The position numbers and the translations under genes were made by a program. A model generated the notes under the pieces. It was not told where the DNA came from and did not search any database. It saw only the letters and a list, made by a program, of their open reading frames with translations. Positions 29,086-39,500 of a DNA stretch of 64,000 nt are shown piece by piece. The DNA is taken from contig JAXDZG010000002.1 in NCBI GenBank assembly GCA_034086985.1, positions 50,944 through 114,943 on the forward strand, read 5' to 3'. The number at the start of each line of letters is the position of its first letter. Position 1 is the first letter of the stretch. Source of the DNA: Phascolarctobacterium sp. (GTDB taxonomy: Bacteria > Bacillota > Negativicutes > Acidaminococcales > Acidaminococcaceae).

Positions 29086-30097
29086 AGGCTTGGACGGAGC
29101 AGTGGAGCGCTTTGGCATCAACCGCACTGCTTGGCGTTTGACAATCTTAATCTTGTTTTTATTTTTGGCGCTGTTGGGCGCGTTTTTGAGCCTCACCAAG
29201 GGCTCCAGCGTGATTACCATGGAGCAAATAGTGCAGCTTTTGCTGCATCCGGGAGAGGACCCACAGAGCCAGATTATCTGGAATATTCGTATGCCCCGCA
29301 CCATTGTGGGCGCGCTGGTGGGCATCAATTTATCCTTATCCGGCGCTATTTTGCAGGCCATTATGCGTAATCCCTTGGCTGATCCCCATATCATCGGTAT
29401 CTCCAGCGGCGCAGGCCTGGCTGGCGTGGTAATCATGATTTTATTTCCCGCCTTGGAATATTTGATTACCCCGGTAGCCTTTGTAGGCGCTATGCTAGCG
29501 GCTATTTGCATTTATATTTTGGCTTGGAAAAACGGCATTAAGCCCGTGCGCATTATTCTGGCCGGTGTGGCTGTGTCCGCCTTTTTGAGTGCGGGCATCA
29601 GCGGCCTGATGATTTTCTATAGTGACAGAGTGCATGGAGCATTGATGTGGATGGTAGGCGGCTTGGCAGCCCGCAGTTGGCCTCATGTGAATATTATTCT
29701 GCCCTATGCAATCATCGGCTTAGTCTTGGCCTTGGCTAGTGCGTCTTATTTGAACATCCTGCAGCTGGGCGACGAAATGGCTCGCGGCCTGGGCGTGAAT
29801 GTGGAGGTAACCCGCATTATTATGACGGCTATTGCGGCACTTTTGGCAGCTAGCGCAGTTAGTGTTGTAGGGCTGTTGGGCTTTGTAGGCCTCGTTGTAC
29901 CCCATGCTGCTAGGCTTTTAATCGGCAGTGACTACCGTTATTTGCTACCTGCAGCGGCGCTATTAGGCGTGGCTATTGTGACGCTGAGCGATACCTTTGC
30001 TCGCGTGATTTTTGCGCCTATTGAGCTGCCCGTGGGCATTATTATGGCCTTTTTAGGCGCACCCTTCTTTCTGTTTTTGTTAAGGAGGGAGATCTGA
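29075..30097 (+). CDS. FecCD/BtuC family ABC permease
   Basis: IRMPR, RNPLADP.IIGISSGA, GFVGLVVPH, ELPVGII.A..GAPFF. Confidence 0.92.
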   Translation: MANKGLDGAVERFGINRTAWRLTILILFLFLALLGAFLSLTKGSSVITMEQIVQLLLHPGEDPQSQIIWNIRMPRTIVGALVGINLSLSGAILQAIMRNPLADPHIIGISSGAGLAGVVIMILFPALEYLITPVAFVGAMLAAICIYILAWKNGIKPVRIILAGVAVSAFLSAGISGLMIFYSDRVHGALMWMVGGLAARSWPHVNIILPYAIIGLVLALASASYLNILQLGDEMARGLGVNVEVTRIIMTAIAALLAASAVSVVGLLGFVGLVVPHAARLLIGSDYRYLLPAAALLGVAIVTLSDTFARVIFAPIELPVGIIMAFLGAPFFLFLLRREI

Positions 30098-30882
30098 TGA
30101 CAGCGATTTTGGCAGCCCATAATATTGATGTGGGCATCAATAAAAAGATCATTGTGCATGATCTTTCCTTGGAAATTCCTGAGGGCAAAATTACAGCGAT
30201 TATCGGCCCCAATGGCTGTGGCAAAAGCACGACCTTGAAGGCTATCTCCCGCATTTGGCCCGTGGAGAAGGGGAGTATTACCTTTAAGGGCAAGGATATT
30301 AAGGCTTTCAGCCATCGGGAGTTCGCTCAATGCTTGGCGATTTTGACCCAAGCGCCCACGGCACCGACGGATTTGACGGTGCAGGATTTGGTGGAGATGG
30401 GGCGTTTTCCTCATCGAGGCTTTTTAGGGCGCGGGGACAAGGATGATGCCAAGCATGTGGAGTGGGCTTTGGAGCAGACCAATATGACTAGCATGAGGCA
30501 TCGCCTTTTGCACACCTTGAGTGGTGGCGAGCGGCAGCGAGCTTGGATTGCTATGGCCTTGGCTCAGCGTCCCCAGGTGTTGCTTTTGGACGAGCCTACG
30601 ACCTATCTCGATATTTGCCATCAGCTGGAGGTTATGCAGCTTTTGGTGAAGCTTAATCGTGAGTTAGGCTTGACGGTAGTGATGGTTATTCACGAGCTTA
30701 ATCACGCCATTCAGTACGCTGATTATGTGGCGGTGATTAAGTCAGGGCGCTTAGTGACCTGCGGTGAGCCGAAGGAGATAGTGACCTCAAAGCTTTTGGC
30801 GGATGTGTTTAGAGTGCAAGCAGACGAATTCGCATGCAGCAATGGTTTGAGAGCGTTAGTGCCTGTGGATTTGTGTAAATAA
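30097..30882 (+). CDS. FecE/BtuD family ABC ATPase
   Basis: GPNGCGKST, LSGGERQR, LLDEPT, HELN. Confidence 0.92.
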   Translation: MTAILAAHNIDVGINKKIIVHDLSLEIPEGKITAIIGPNGCGKSTTLKAISRIWPVEKGSITFKGKDIKAFSHREFAQCLAILTQAPTAPTDLTVQDLVEMGRFPHRGFLGRGDKDDAKHVEWALEQTNMTSMRHRLLHTLSGGERQRAWIAMALAQRPQVLLLDEPTTYLDICHQLEVMQLLVKLNRELGLTVVMVIHELNHAIQYADYVAVIKSGRLVTCGEPKEIVTSKLLADVFRVQADEFACSNGLRALVPVDLCK

Positions 30883-30892
30883 GTAAAGTGAA

Positions 30893-31214
30893 GGCACATT
30901 AGCAATCAGCCGCGTAAATGGGCCAAATAATTGGTGCATGTGGATTTTTGTTAATAAGTAGATTGGCACATTAGCAAATCAGCAAGCGAGCTACGAATTT
31001 TAGCGAATGAGTGGCTTGGTACAATGGCCTCAAGGGTTCGAAAAAGTAAATTGTTCTGCGAGACAAATAGTACCCCGCAGAGGCCAATTGAACCCCACGA
31101 AATTCGCGTACCCCTGCTAGGACTGTTTCCTGCATAACTATGCTACGTTCGTGGTATTTCTATAAAAAGCTTTGCACTAAAAATTCGTCGCGAACGGCTG
31201 ATTGCTAATGTGCC
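30893..31214. mobile_element. MITE-like non-coding element with terminal inverted repeats
   Basis: GGCACATTAGCAATCAGCCG (30893-30912) is the perfect reverse complement of 31195-31214; a second left-end copy is at 30965-30983. Confidence 0.6.
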
Positions 31215-31259
31215 ATGCAGACTTACTGATGTACTAATTTACTAAGTTTAATAAAGAAT

Positions 31260-31298
31260 AACCCCTAAAGTAAGGTTTTGAGCCTCACCTTAGGGGTT
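31260..31298 (-). terminator. Terminator downstream of the hydrogenase operon
   Basis: AACCCCTAA / TTAGGGGTT stem. Confidence 0.6.
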
Positions 31299-31317
31299 TG
31301 CTGTTTGTTATGTTAAA

Positions 31318-33045
31318 TTATACGAGATAGTTCTTCTCCTTCACGTGGTTGGAGTGGAGGAGGCGCTCAGCGCGCTCGCTGAGGGGCTTCTCAAGATACT
31401 CGCTATACAGCGTTACCACGTCGGGGTTGTTGTGAGATTGACGCAGCTTGCGCTCGTCGTCCAGCTTGTACAGCTTCTTGCCCAACATGCCGGCACGTTC
31501 CTGGCCGTCATGAATGGGCTGGCCGCCGCCGCCCACGCAGCCGCCGGGGCAGGCCATGACTTCTACGAAGTCATAATGCACCTTACCGGCCTGCAAATCC
31601 TCGATGAGGCGTCCGGCATTACCAAGGCCGCTGACGGTGCAGGTACGCAGGGTTTTCCCTGCGATGGTAAACTCGCGCACCTTGCGGCCCTTCTCACCGC
31701 GCACATCTACGAAGGCGTCTGCTGGCGCTTCTTCGCCGGTCATGGCGAAGTACGCAGTACGCAGCGCTGCTTCCATAACGCCGCCGGTAGCGCCAAAGAT
31801 AACGCCGGCGCCGGTGCTCTTGCCCAAAGGATTATCGAACTCTTCCTCAGGCAATGTAGCAGGGTTGATATGCTCGGCCTTAAGCAGACGCACGAACTCG
31901 CGGGTAGTCAAAACGATGTCGATATCGTGGGTACCGCTGCTACGCATGGAGAGCAGGGCTGCCTCGCGTTTCTTGGAAACGCAGGGCATTACGGAAATGG
32001 AGCAGATTTCCTTGGGCTTCAGGCCCTTCTTCTCGGCGAAGTAGGATTTCAAAATAGCGCCAAAAATCTGTTGGGGAGATTTAGTGGTGGACAGGTTGGG
32101 CACGAACGCAGGGTATTTTTTGGTCACATAGCTGACCCAGCCGGGGCAGCAGGAGGTGAACATGGGCCAACGATAGCCTTCAGGGTCTTGCAAGCGCTCC
32201 AGAAGCTCGTTAGCCTCCTCCATAATGGTTACGTCCGCAGCGAAGCTGGTGTCGAAAACATAGTCGAAGCCGATGCGACGCAGGGCGGCAGCCATGCGGC
32301 CCTCGGTGGCCATTTCTTCCGGCATATTAAAGGCTTCGGCCCAGGCAGTGCGCACTGCAGGCGCAACCTGGACAGCAGTGATCTTGGTAGAATCTGCCAG
32401 CGCTTCATAAACCTTGGGAACATCATTGCGCTCCTTCAGAGCGCCAACGGGGCAGTGGGTGATGCATTGACCACAGAGACTGCAGTTGGAGTCCTCGATG
32501 CACATATTTCCGGCCACGTCCACAGTGGTGCGGGAGCCGGTGTTTTGCACATCCCAAATATGCAAATCCTGCACTTTATCGCAGATTTGCACGCAGCGCA
32601 TGCACTTAATGCATTTTTTGGAGTCGCGAATAAGGGGGAAGTTTTGGTTCCAGGGAGTATCCACTACATCGCGCTCAAAGGGAATATCGAAAATGCCCAA
32701 ATCATTGGACAGCTTTTGCAGGCTGCAGTTACCGCTGCGCACACAGGTTGCACACAGGCAATCATGCTGGGAGAGAATCAGCTCCACATTGGTGCGGCGT
32801 ACACTGCGAGCCTTGGGGGAATTAGTATAGACAACGAGTCCTTCCTGTACGGGGGTGGTACAGGAGGTGACCACACGATTTTGTCCTTGGATTTCTACAA
32901 CGCAAACCTTGCAGGCACTGATTTCATTGATGTCCTTTAAAAAGCACAGACGGGGAATATCAATACCAACGGTGGCAGCGGCCTGCATAATTGTAGTGCC
33001 CTCGGGAACGGAAACTTTTAAGCCGTCAATAGTCAGGTTTACCAT
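31318..33045 (-). CDS. hydA: [FeFe] hydrogenase catalytic subunit, group A, with 2Fe-2S and 4Fe-4S domains
   Basis: H-cluster motifs TSCCPGW, MPCVSKKRE, EVMACPGGCVGGGGQP; N-terminal ferredoxin cysteines. Confidence 0.95.
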   Translation of the reverse strand: MVNLTIDGLKVSVPEGTTIMQAAATVGIDIPRLCFLKDINEISACKVCVVEIQGQNRVVTSCTTPVQEGLVVYTNSPKARSVRRTNVELILSQHDCLCATCVRSGNCSLQKLSNDLGIFDIPFERDVVDTPWNQNFPLIRDSKKCIKCMRCVQICDKVQDLHIWDVQNTGSRTTVDVAGNMCIEDSNCSLCGQCITHCPVGALKERNDVPKVYEALADSTKITAVQVAPAVRTAWAEAFNMPEEMATEGRMAAALRRIGFDYVFDTSFAADVTIMEEANELLERLQDPEGYRWPMFTSCCPGWVSYVTKKYPAFVPNLSTTKSPQQIFGAILKSYFAEKKGLKPKEICSISVMPCVSKKREAALLSMRSSGTHDIDIVLTTREFVRLLKAEHINPATLPEEEFDNPLGKSTGAGVIFGATGGVMEAALRTAYFAMTGEEAPADAFVDVRGEKGRKVREFTIAGKTLRTCTVSGLGNAGRLIEDLQAGKVHYDFVEVMACPGGCVGGGGQPIHDGQERAGMLGKKLYKLDDERKLRQSHNNPDVVTLYSEYLEKPLSERAERLLHSNHVKEKNYLV

Positions 33046-34889
33046 TTTAAGGTTCTGCCTCCTTTCAAGGTACTAAAGCCAAATTTATCGCAGCGCAGGC
33101 AGCGACCGGCCTCTTGGCAAGCCTCCTGAACTGTCATACCGCATTCCATGGGCGCAAAGGTTTTCTTGCGCTCGCCAGCTTCCTTCTCGGTGAGCTGGAT
33201 ACGACCGCAAGGACGCTTGTCATCAATGGAGGGGTCGGGAATTTCTACATCACAGGTAATGATGTGCTCATAGCCTAAATATTCATCGATATTGGCTGCA
33301 GCAACCTTACCGGCTGCGATAGCACGGATAACGGTGGCAGGACCGGTTACGCAGTCACCGCCGGCAAAAACGCCCTCGTTATTGGCCAATTCACTGCTGG
33401 ACAGAGCGGAGATGGTACCGCGCTTAATCTTAATGCCGGCCTCTTCAAAGGGACGCAGCATAATGCCTTGGCCGATAGCCACTACGATAATGTCGCAGGG
33501 AATGCGCTGCAAATCCACATCCGCATGGATGGGACGAGCGCGACCCCAGGCGTCGATGGGACCGATGATTTGGGGCTCTACCCACAGGGCGGCCACCTTG
33601 CCGTTAGCGTCGGCTTCAATATGATGGGGAGCCTTCAGACCGTAGAGCTCAGCGCCCTCGGCAATAGCGCCCTCGATTTCCTCGGGCAGAGCGGTCATAT
33701 CGTCCTGACGACGACGATAAGCAATGATAACCTTTTTCGCGCCTAAGCGAATGGAGCTGCGGGTGCAGTCCATGGCTACGTTGCCACCGCCGATGACAAC
33801 AACGGTTTTATCCTTAAAGTCAGGCATTCTTTCCTCGCCGATTTCACGGAGCATTTCTACAGCGCTGATAACGCCCTGGGAATCCTCGCCGGGAATGCCA
33901 ATTTTTTTATCAGTATGAGCGCCGATGGCAATATAAACAGCGTCAAATTCAGAGCGCAGCTTTTCGAAGGGGATTTCACCCTCGCCATTACCAACGCGGC
34001 TGTTTAAATGCACCTCCACGCCGGTGGAGAGAATGGCGTCAAGGTCCTCCTGCAAGCGTTCGCGGGGGAAGCGATAAGCGGGGATGCCGTAGCGCAGCAT
34101 GCCGCCGAGCTTGCTCTTTTCTTCAAATACTACTGCATGGTGACCCATGAGCTCCAGATAATATGCAGCGGAAAGACCACTGGGGCCGCCGCCGATAATA
34201 GCAATGCGCTTGCCGGTGGATTTTTCCTTTTCGGGTACGGGCACAGTATTGCTGGGAGCATTGTCCACAGCCATGCGCTTTAAGCCGCGAATATTGATGG
34301 CAGCATCAATCATGTTGCGGCGGCAGCGGGACTCGCAGGGATGCTCGCAAATAAGGCCGCAGGCAGTGGGGAAGGGATTATCCTTGCGGATAAGCTTCAC
34401 AGCATCAGCGTAACGACCAGCGCCTACTAAAGCGATATAGCCGGGAATATCCACCTGAGCAGGGCACAGAGCCACGCAGGGAATGGATTGATGCAGATGC
34501 ACGGAGCATTTGCCCTTTTTTATGTGGTTAATATAGTCTTCGCGGAAGCCTTCTAAGCCAGCCAGCACCATTTTGGCTGCCTCGAAGCCGATAGCGCAGT
34601 CAGCACTATTAGCTACGTTTTCCGCAGTGCTTTGGATTAAATCCAGTGTCTCCATGGTAGCTTTACCATCGAGTACGTCTTCCATTAAATTTTGTAATTG
34701 GGCCAGACCAACGCGACAGGGAACACATTTGCCACAGGTTTGAGCGTGGCAAACCTTTAAGAAAGAGAGCTGCAGGTCAACAGGGCACAGTCCCGGAGGG
34801 CTGGCGATGATGTGTCGCTCTAGGTCTTTATATAAGCGTTCGACCGTCAGTTGGGCTTGGTCAGGTGTTGCGATTTTTAAACGACTCAT
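33039..34889 (-). CDS. NuoF-type 4Fe-4S + GltD-like NAD(P)H flavoprotein, hydrogenase partner
   Basis: CGKCVPCRVG, CPAQVDIPGY, CEHPCE..C, GGGPSG, GGGNVAMD, GDCVTGP, EAGRCLRC. Confidence 0.88.
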   Translation of the reverse strand: MSRLKIATPDQAQLTVERLYKDLERHIIASPPGLCPVDLQLSFLKVCHAQTCGKCVPCRVGLAQLQNLMEDVLDGKATMETLDLIQSTAENVANSADCAIGFEAAKMVLAGLEGFREDYINHIKKGKCSVHLHQSIPCVALCPAQVDIPGYIALVGAGRYADAVKLIRKDNPFPTACGLICEHPCESRCRRNMIDAAINIRGLKRMAVDNAPSNTVPVPEKEKSTGKRIAIIGGGPSGLSAAYYLELMGHHAVVFEEKSKLGGMLRYGIPAYRFPRERLQEDLDAILSTGVEVHLNSRVGNGEGEIPFEKLRSEFDAVYIAIGAHTDKKIGIPGEDSQGVISAVEMLREIGEERMPDFKDKTVVVIGGGNVAMDCTRSSIRLGAKKVIIAYRRRQDDMTALPEEIEGAIAEGAELYGLKAPHHIEADANGKVAALWVEPQIIGPIDAWGRARPIHADVDLQRIPCDIIVVAIGQGIMLRPFEEAGIKIKRGTISALSSSELANNEGVFAGGDCVTGPATVIRAIAAGKVAAANIDEYLGYEHIITCDVEIPDPSIDDKRPCGRIQLTEKEAGERKKTFAPMECGMTVQEACQEAGRCLRCDKFGFSTLKGGRTLKW

Positions 34890-34939
34890 ATTCATCCTCC
34901 CAAAAAGCATACACTAATTGATAAATTGGTATACTTTAT

Positions 34940-34968
34940 ATTATACCTAAAAACTCGCCAAACTGCAA
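34940..34968 (-). promoter_or_regulatory. Sigma-A promoter of the hydrogenase operon
   Basis: Minus strand TTGCAG-N17-TATAAT. Confidence 0.6.
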
Positions 34969-35165
34969 GTTTTTAAGACAAGAATATGTGTATACATCTT
35001 AACAGATTAGTGAAAAATATGGGCAAAATAAGAAATCAAGGTGGCTTTTTTCGCCGCCTTTCTTTTTTCTCATCCCCAACTGTGTTATACTTATCAATAA
35101 AGGGCGAACAATTTTATCTGCTTAGATAAACGGCAAATAAAATTTCTAGATAGAGGTGTTTTAGT

Positions 35166-36548
35166 ATGAAATTATCCATGGTTCATTTAGTTAGCTTGGT
35201 ATTGACGCTGGTGCTGACCATGTTGCCCGGCATCATCGCCTCCCGGCGCATCAAATCCGCCGACGACTATAACGTCGGCGGGCGCAGCGCCGGTGTAGGC
35301 CTTGTGGCCGGCAGCATTATCGGCACCATCGTGGGCGGTGCAGCCACCGTCGGTACGGCCCAGCTGGGCTTCAAGCTGGGCCTCACCGCCTGGTGGTTCA
35401 CCCTGGGCAGTGGCATCGCGCTGCTTATCATGGCGCTTTTTTATGCCAAGCCCCTGCGTGCTAGCGGATTAACTACAGTAGCGGAGTTTCTCGTCACCAA
35501 TTACGGCAAGCCAGCGGGCTGGCTTGCTACTGTAAGCTCCTGCGCCGGCATTTTCTTTAGCATTGTAGCTAGTACTTTAACTGCTTTGCATTTGGTAGCT
35601 GGTATTTTCGGCGTCAACCTGTATGTTTCCGCCGTGCTCATTCTGCTTATTACCGCAGGCTTCGTCTTCTTCGGCGGCATCAGCGGCAGCGGCATGGCCG
35701 GCATCATCAAGATTGTGTTAATTTTCGCCAGTATTTTTGTAGGCGGTGTTTTGGCCTTTTTAAATATGGGTGGCAGTGCCGGCCTAGCTGCCGCGTTACC
35801 GGCTCACCCTTGGTTCAGCCTTTTCGGCCGCGGGGTGGAGGACGGCCTCTTCAGTCTTTGCTCCATGATCGTAGGCGTTATTTCGACCCAAACATATGTG
35901 CAAGCGCTGTTCAGCGCCAAGGATAGCAAGACCGCAGCCGTGGGCTGCGTCACTGCGGCCTGCATCGTCATCCCTGTGGGCTTGCCCTCTGTGATGATTG
36001 GTATGTTCATGCATGTGAACCATCCCGGCATCAATTCCATTGATGCCCTGCCTCTGTATTTGTCCACTTATCTGCCTGATTGGCTGGGCGGTATTGGCCT
36101 AGCAGCCCTCTTGCTTTCAGCCCTGGGCTCCATTGCAGGCCTTGCCCTAGGCATCGGTACCATGATTAGCCGCGATATTATCAGCAAGCTGTGGCGCAGT
36201 GCTACCTCTGTAAATTTGCTTTGGGCCAGCCGCTTTAGCGTGCTTTTGGCAGCGGCCTCGGCCATCGTCTTCGTTTTCTTCCATCTTGATTCTTCTGTGC
36301 TAGAATGGAACTATCTCTCCATGGCCCTCAGGGGCAGCGGCATCTTTTTACCGCTGACCTTCTGCGTCTTTTTCCCCAACAGGGTGCGGGCCTCCATGGG
36401 TGTGGCAGCCATGGGTGCAGGCATTTTCGCAGCACTTTTTTGGAAGCATATCAGCCCCTGGCAGATTAATAGCCTGTTCCCCGCGCTGTTCTATAACTTG
36501 ATTTTCTTGGCGGTGGGGTTATACTGGGGCAAAAAAGGTGAGGAGTAA
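35166..36548 (+). CDS. Sodium:solute symporter family transporter
   Basis: DDYNVGGRS, GGAATVG.AQ.G, TVAEFL..NYG; about 12-13 TM segments. Confidence 0.85.
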   Translation: MKLSMVHLVSLVLTLVLTMLPGIIASRRIKSADDYNVGGRSAGVGLVAGSIIGTIVGGAATVGTAQLGFKLGLTAWWFTLGSGIALLIMALFYAKPLRASGLTTVAEFLVTNYGKPAGWLATVSSCAGIFFSIVASTLTALHLVAGIFGVNLYVSAVLILLITAGFVFFGGISGSGMAGIIKIVLIFASIFVGGVLAFLNMGGSAGLAAALPAHPWFSLFGRGVEDGLFSLCSMIVGVISTQTYVQALFSAKDSKTAAVGCVTAACIVIPVGLPSVMIGMFMHVNHPGINSIDALPLYLSTYLPDWLGGIGLAALLLSALGSIAGLALGIGTMISRDIISKLWRSATSVNLLWASRFSVLLAAASAIVFVFFHLDSSVLEWNYLSMALRGSGIFLPLTFCVFFPNRVRASMGVAAMGAGIFAALFWKHISPWQINSLFPALFYNLIFLAVGLYWGKKGEE

Positions 36549-36595
36549 TACCTTCTGGACAGTCGTGAAAGTTTAGTTTTTATAAAGGAAATCTT

Positions 36596-39500
36596 ATGAG
36601 CGAAAATAAATTTACCCATTTACATGTGCATACGGAATATAGCCTGCTGGACGGTGCTTCCAAAATTCACGAGCTGGTGGCCTATGCCAAGGAGCTGGGC
36701 ATGGACGCCTTGGCCATTACGGACCATGGTGCTATGTATGGCGCGGTAGAGTTTTATCAGGAATGCACCAAGCAGGGCATTAAGCCCATTTTAGGCTGCG
36801 AGGTTTATTTAACCACGGGCTCCCATTTTGAAAAAAATAATCGGGGCATGTTCCATCTGATTTTGCTAGCGGAAAACGAAACTGGCTACCATAATCTTAT
36901 GAAGCTGGTGAGCATCGGTCAGGTGGAGGGCTTTTACTACAAGCCCCGTATAGATAAGGACGCCCTTAGGGCACACAGTGAGGGCCTGATTTGCCTCAGC
37001 GCTTGTATCGCCGGAGAGCTGCCGGTGCTGATTTTGCAGGATAATCTGGAGGGCGCACGGCGCTGCATTCAGGAATATATTGATATCTTTGGCAAGGATA
37101 ATTATTTTTTAGAAATCCAGGACCACGATTTGCCTGAGGAGCACAAGGTTACGGCGGTGCTGAAGCAGCTGGCCAAGGAGTTTGACTTAGGCCTTGTGGC
37201 TACTAACGATTTGCACTATGTAAGGCGTGAGGATGCGGCGGCTCAGGATATTTTGCTGTGCATCCAGACTACAAGCACAGTGGACGAGCCCGACCGCATG
37301 CGCTTTCCCAACGATAGCTTTTATTTGAAGAGCTATGAGGAGATGGCGGAGCGCTTTGGGGATTGTCCTGAGGCACTGGCAAATCCTAATAAAATTGCTG
37401 AGCGCTGCAATGTGCAGCTGGAGTTCGGTCATTTGCTCTTGCCGGAATTCCCCGTGCCCAAGGGCTTTGACACAGCCAGCTATCTGCGCCATTTGTGCGA
37501 GGAAGCGTTGCCCAAGCGCTATCCCCATGTGGATGATAAAATTCGTCAGCGTTTGGATTTCGAGCTTAAGATTATCAATGATATGGGCTACGATGCCTAT
37601 TTTCTCATTGTGTGGGATTTTATTAATTTCTGCAGGGAGAAGGGCATCCCTGTGGGGCCGGGGCGCGGCAGCGCCGCGGGCAGTGTGGTTGCGTATTTGC
37701 TCAACATTACCAATGTGGAGCCTTTGCGCTACCATTTGCTCTTTGAACGCTTTTTAAATCCGGAACGCGTCAGCATGCCGGATATTGATACGGACTTTTG
37801 CTATGTGCGCCGTCAGGAGGTGCTGGACTATGTGGTGCAGCGCTACGGCAAGGAGCGCGTAGCGCAGATTATTACCTTCGGTACGCTGCAGGCCCGTGCG
37901 GCGGTGCGTGACGTGGGCAAGGCCCTCGGCATGAGCTACGGCGCCGTGGATGAAATAGCCAAAATGATTCCCCGCGAGCTGGGCATTACGCTGGACAAGG
38001 CCCTGCATAATAAGGATTTGCGTGAAGCCTACGAGACACGGCCTGAGGTCAAGCAGCTGATCGATTTGTCTAAGAGCGTGGAGGGGCTGCCCCGCAACGC
38101 GGGTACCCACGCTGCAGGCGTTATCATTGCGCCCCATGACCTGCGGGAGTACGTGCCCCTGCAGCTGGGTGCTGATACAGATGGCATGATCACCCAATAT
38201 GATAAGGATAAGGTGGAGGAGCTGGGCCTCTTAAAAATGGACTTTTTGGGCCTGCGCACCCTGACCGTTATTGGCGACTGCATCGAATTTATTAAAGAAA
38301 CCACTGGTGAAGTGGTGGATATAGACAATATTCCCTTGGAGGATGAGGCTACCTGTGCCATGCTGCGCAGGGGCGACACCACCTGCGTCTTCCAGCTGGA
38401 ATCAGCGGGCATTACTAAGCTAGTGGTGGACCTTGCGCCTACTAGCTTCGAGGACTTAATCCCTCTTGTAGCTCTCTACCGCCCCGGCCCCCTGGGCACG
38501 GGTATGGCCGAGGACTTCATCGCCGGCCGTCACGGCCAGCGCACCGCCCAGGTGCTCCATCCCCTGATGGAGCCCATTTTAGAGGATACCTACGGCGTTA
38601 TTCTCTACCAGGAGCAGGTAATGCAAATCACCTCCGCCCTGGCCGGCTTCACCCTGGGCCAGGCGGATATTATGCGCCGCGCCATGGGCAAGAAGAAGGC
38701 TTCCGTACTAGAGAGTATGCGCCAGGACTTTGTGGAAGGCGCGAAGCGCGAGCATGATATACCCGAGCAGCTGAGCCAGCAAATTTTCTCCCTTTTACAG
38801 CATTTTGCGGGCTATGGCTTCAATAAGTCCCACTCTGTAGCCTACGCTCTGGTGGCCTACCAAACGGCTTATCTAAAGGCTCACTGGCGACCCCAGTTTA
38901 TGGCGGCCTTCTTGAACAGCGTTATCGGCGATAGCGATAAGCTGAGCTGGTACATCTCCGTCTGCCGCAATGATAAAATTGATATTCTGCCGCCGGATGT
39001 TAATGAAAGCGGCTACCAATTCACCGTCCACGGCGGCAAGGCTATTCGTTTTGGCTTGGCCGGTATCAAGAGCATGGGCGATGCGGCAGTGCAGGAAATT
39101 ATTAAATCCAGAGCCAAGGATGGGCCCTTTACCAGCTTGATGGATTTTTGTAACCGTGTAAGCATGCGCCTTGTGAATAAGCGTGCTTTGGAAAATCTCA
39201 TTCGCAGCGGTGCTATGGATTCCTTTGGCGCCAAGCGCTCCCAGCTTTTGGAAGTGATGGAAAGGGTGGCGGATTTGGGCTCTGCGGCGCAAAAGGACAG
39301 GGCCGGAGGGCAGCTTGGACTTTTTGATGAGTCCGAGACTTTGGCTGCTACGGAAATTAGGCTTCCGGCTATGGAGGAGTTACCCAAAGCAGTTATTTTG
39401 CAAGATGAAAAGGAGCTTTTGGGCTTTTATGTAACGGATCATCCCTTAAGTGAATATAGCAAGGTTTTAGAGCGTTATATGCCCCTGTATCAATTTGTGG

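Noticed and set aside
31345-32940. 531-aa plus-strand ORF, and similar long antisense ORFs such as 1986-3368, 55705-56490 and 49246-50046
   Set aside because: Shadow frames of well-supported genes on the opposite strand, caused by codon bias; no motifs
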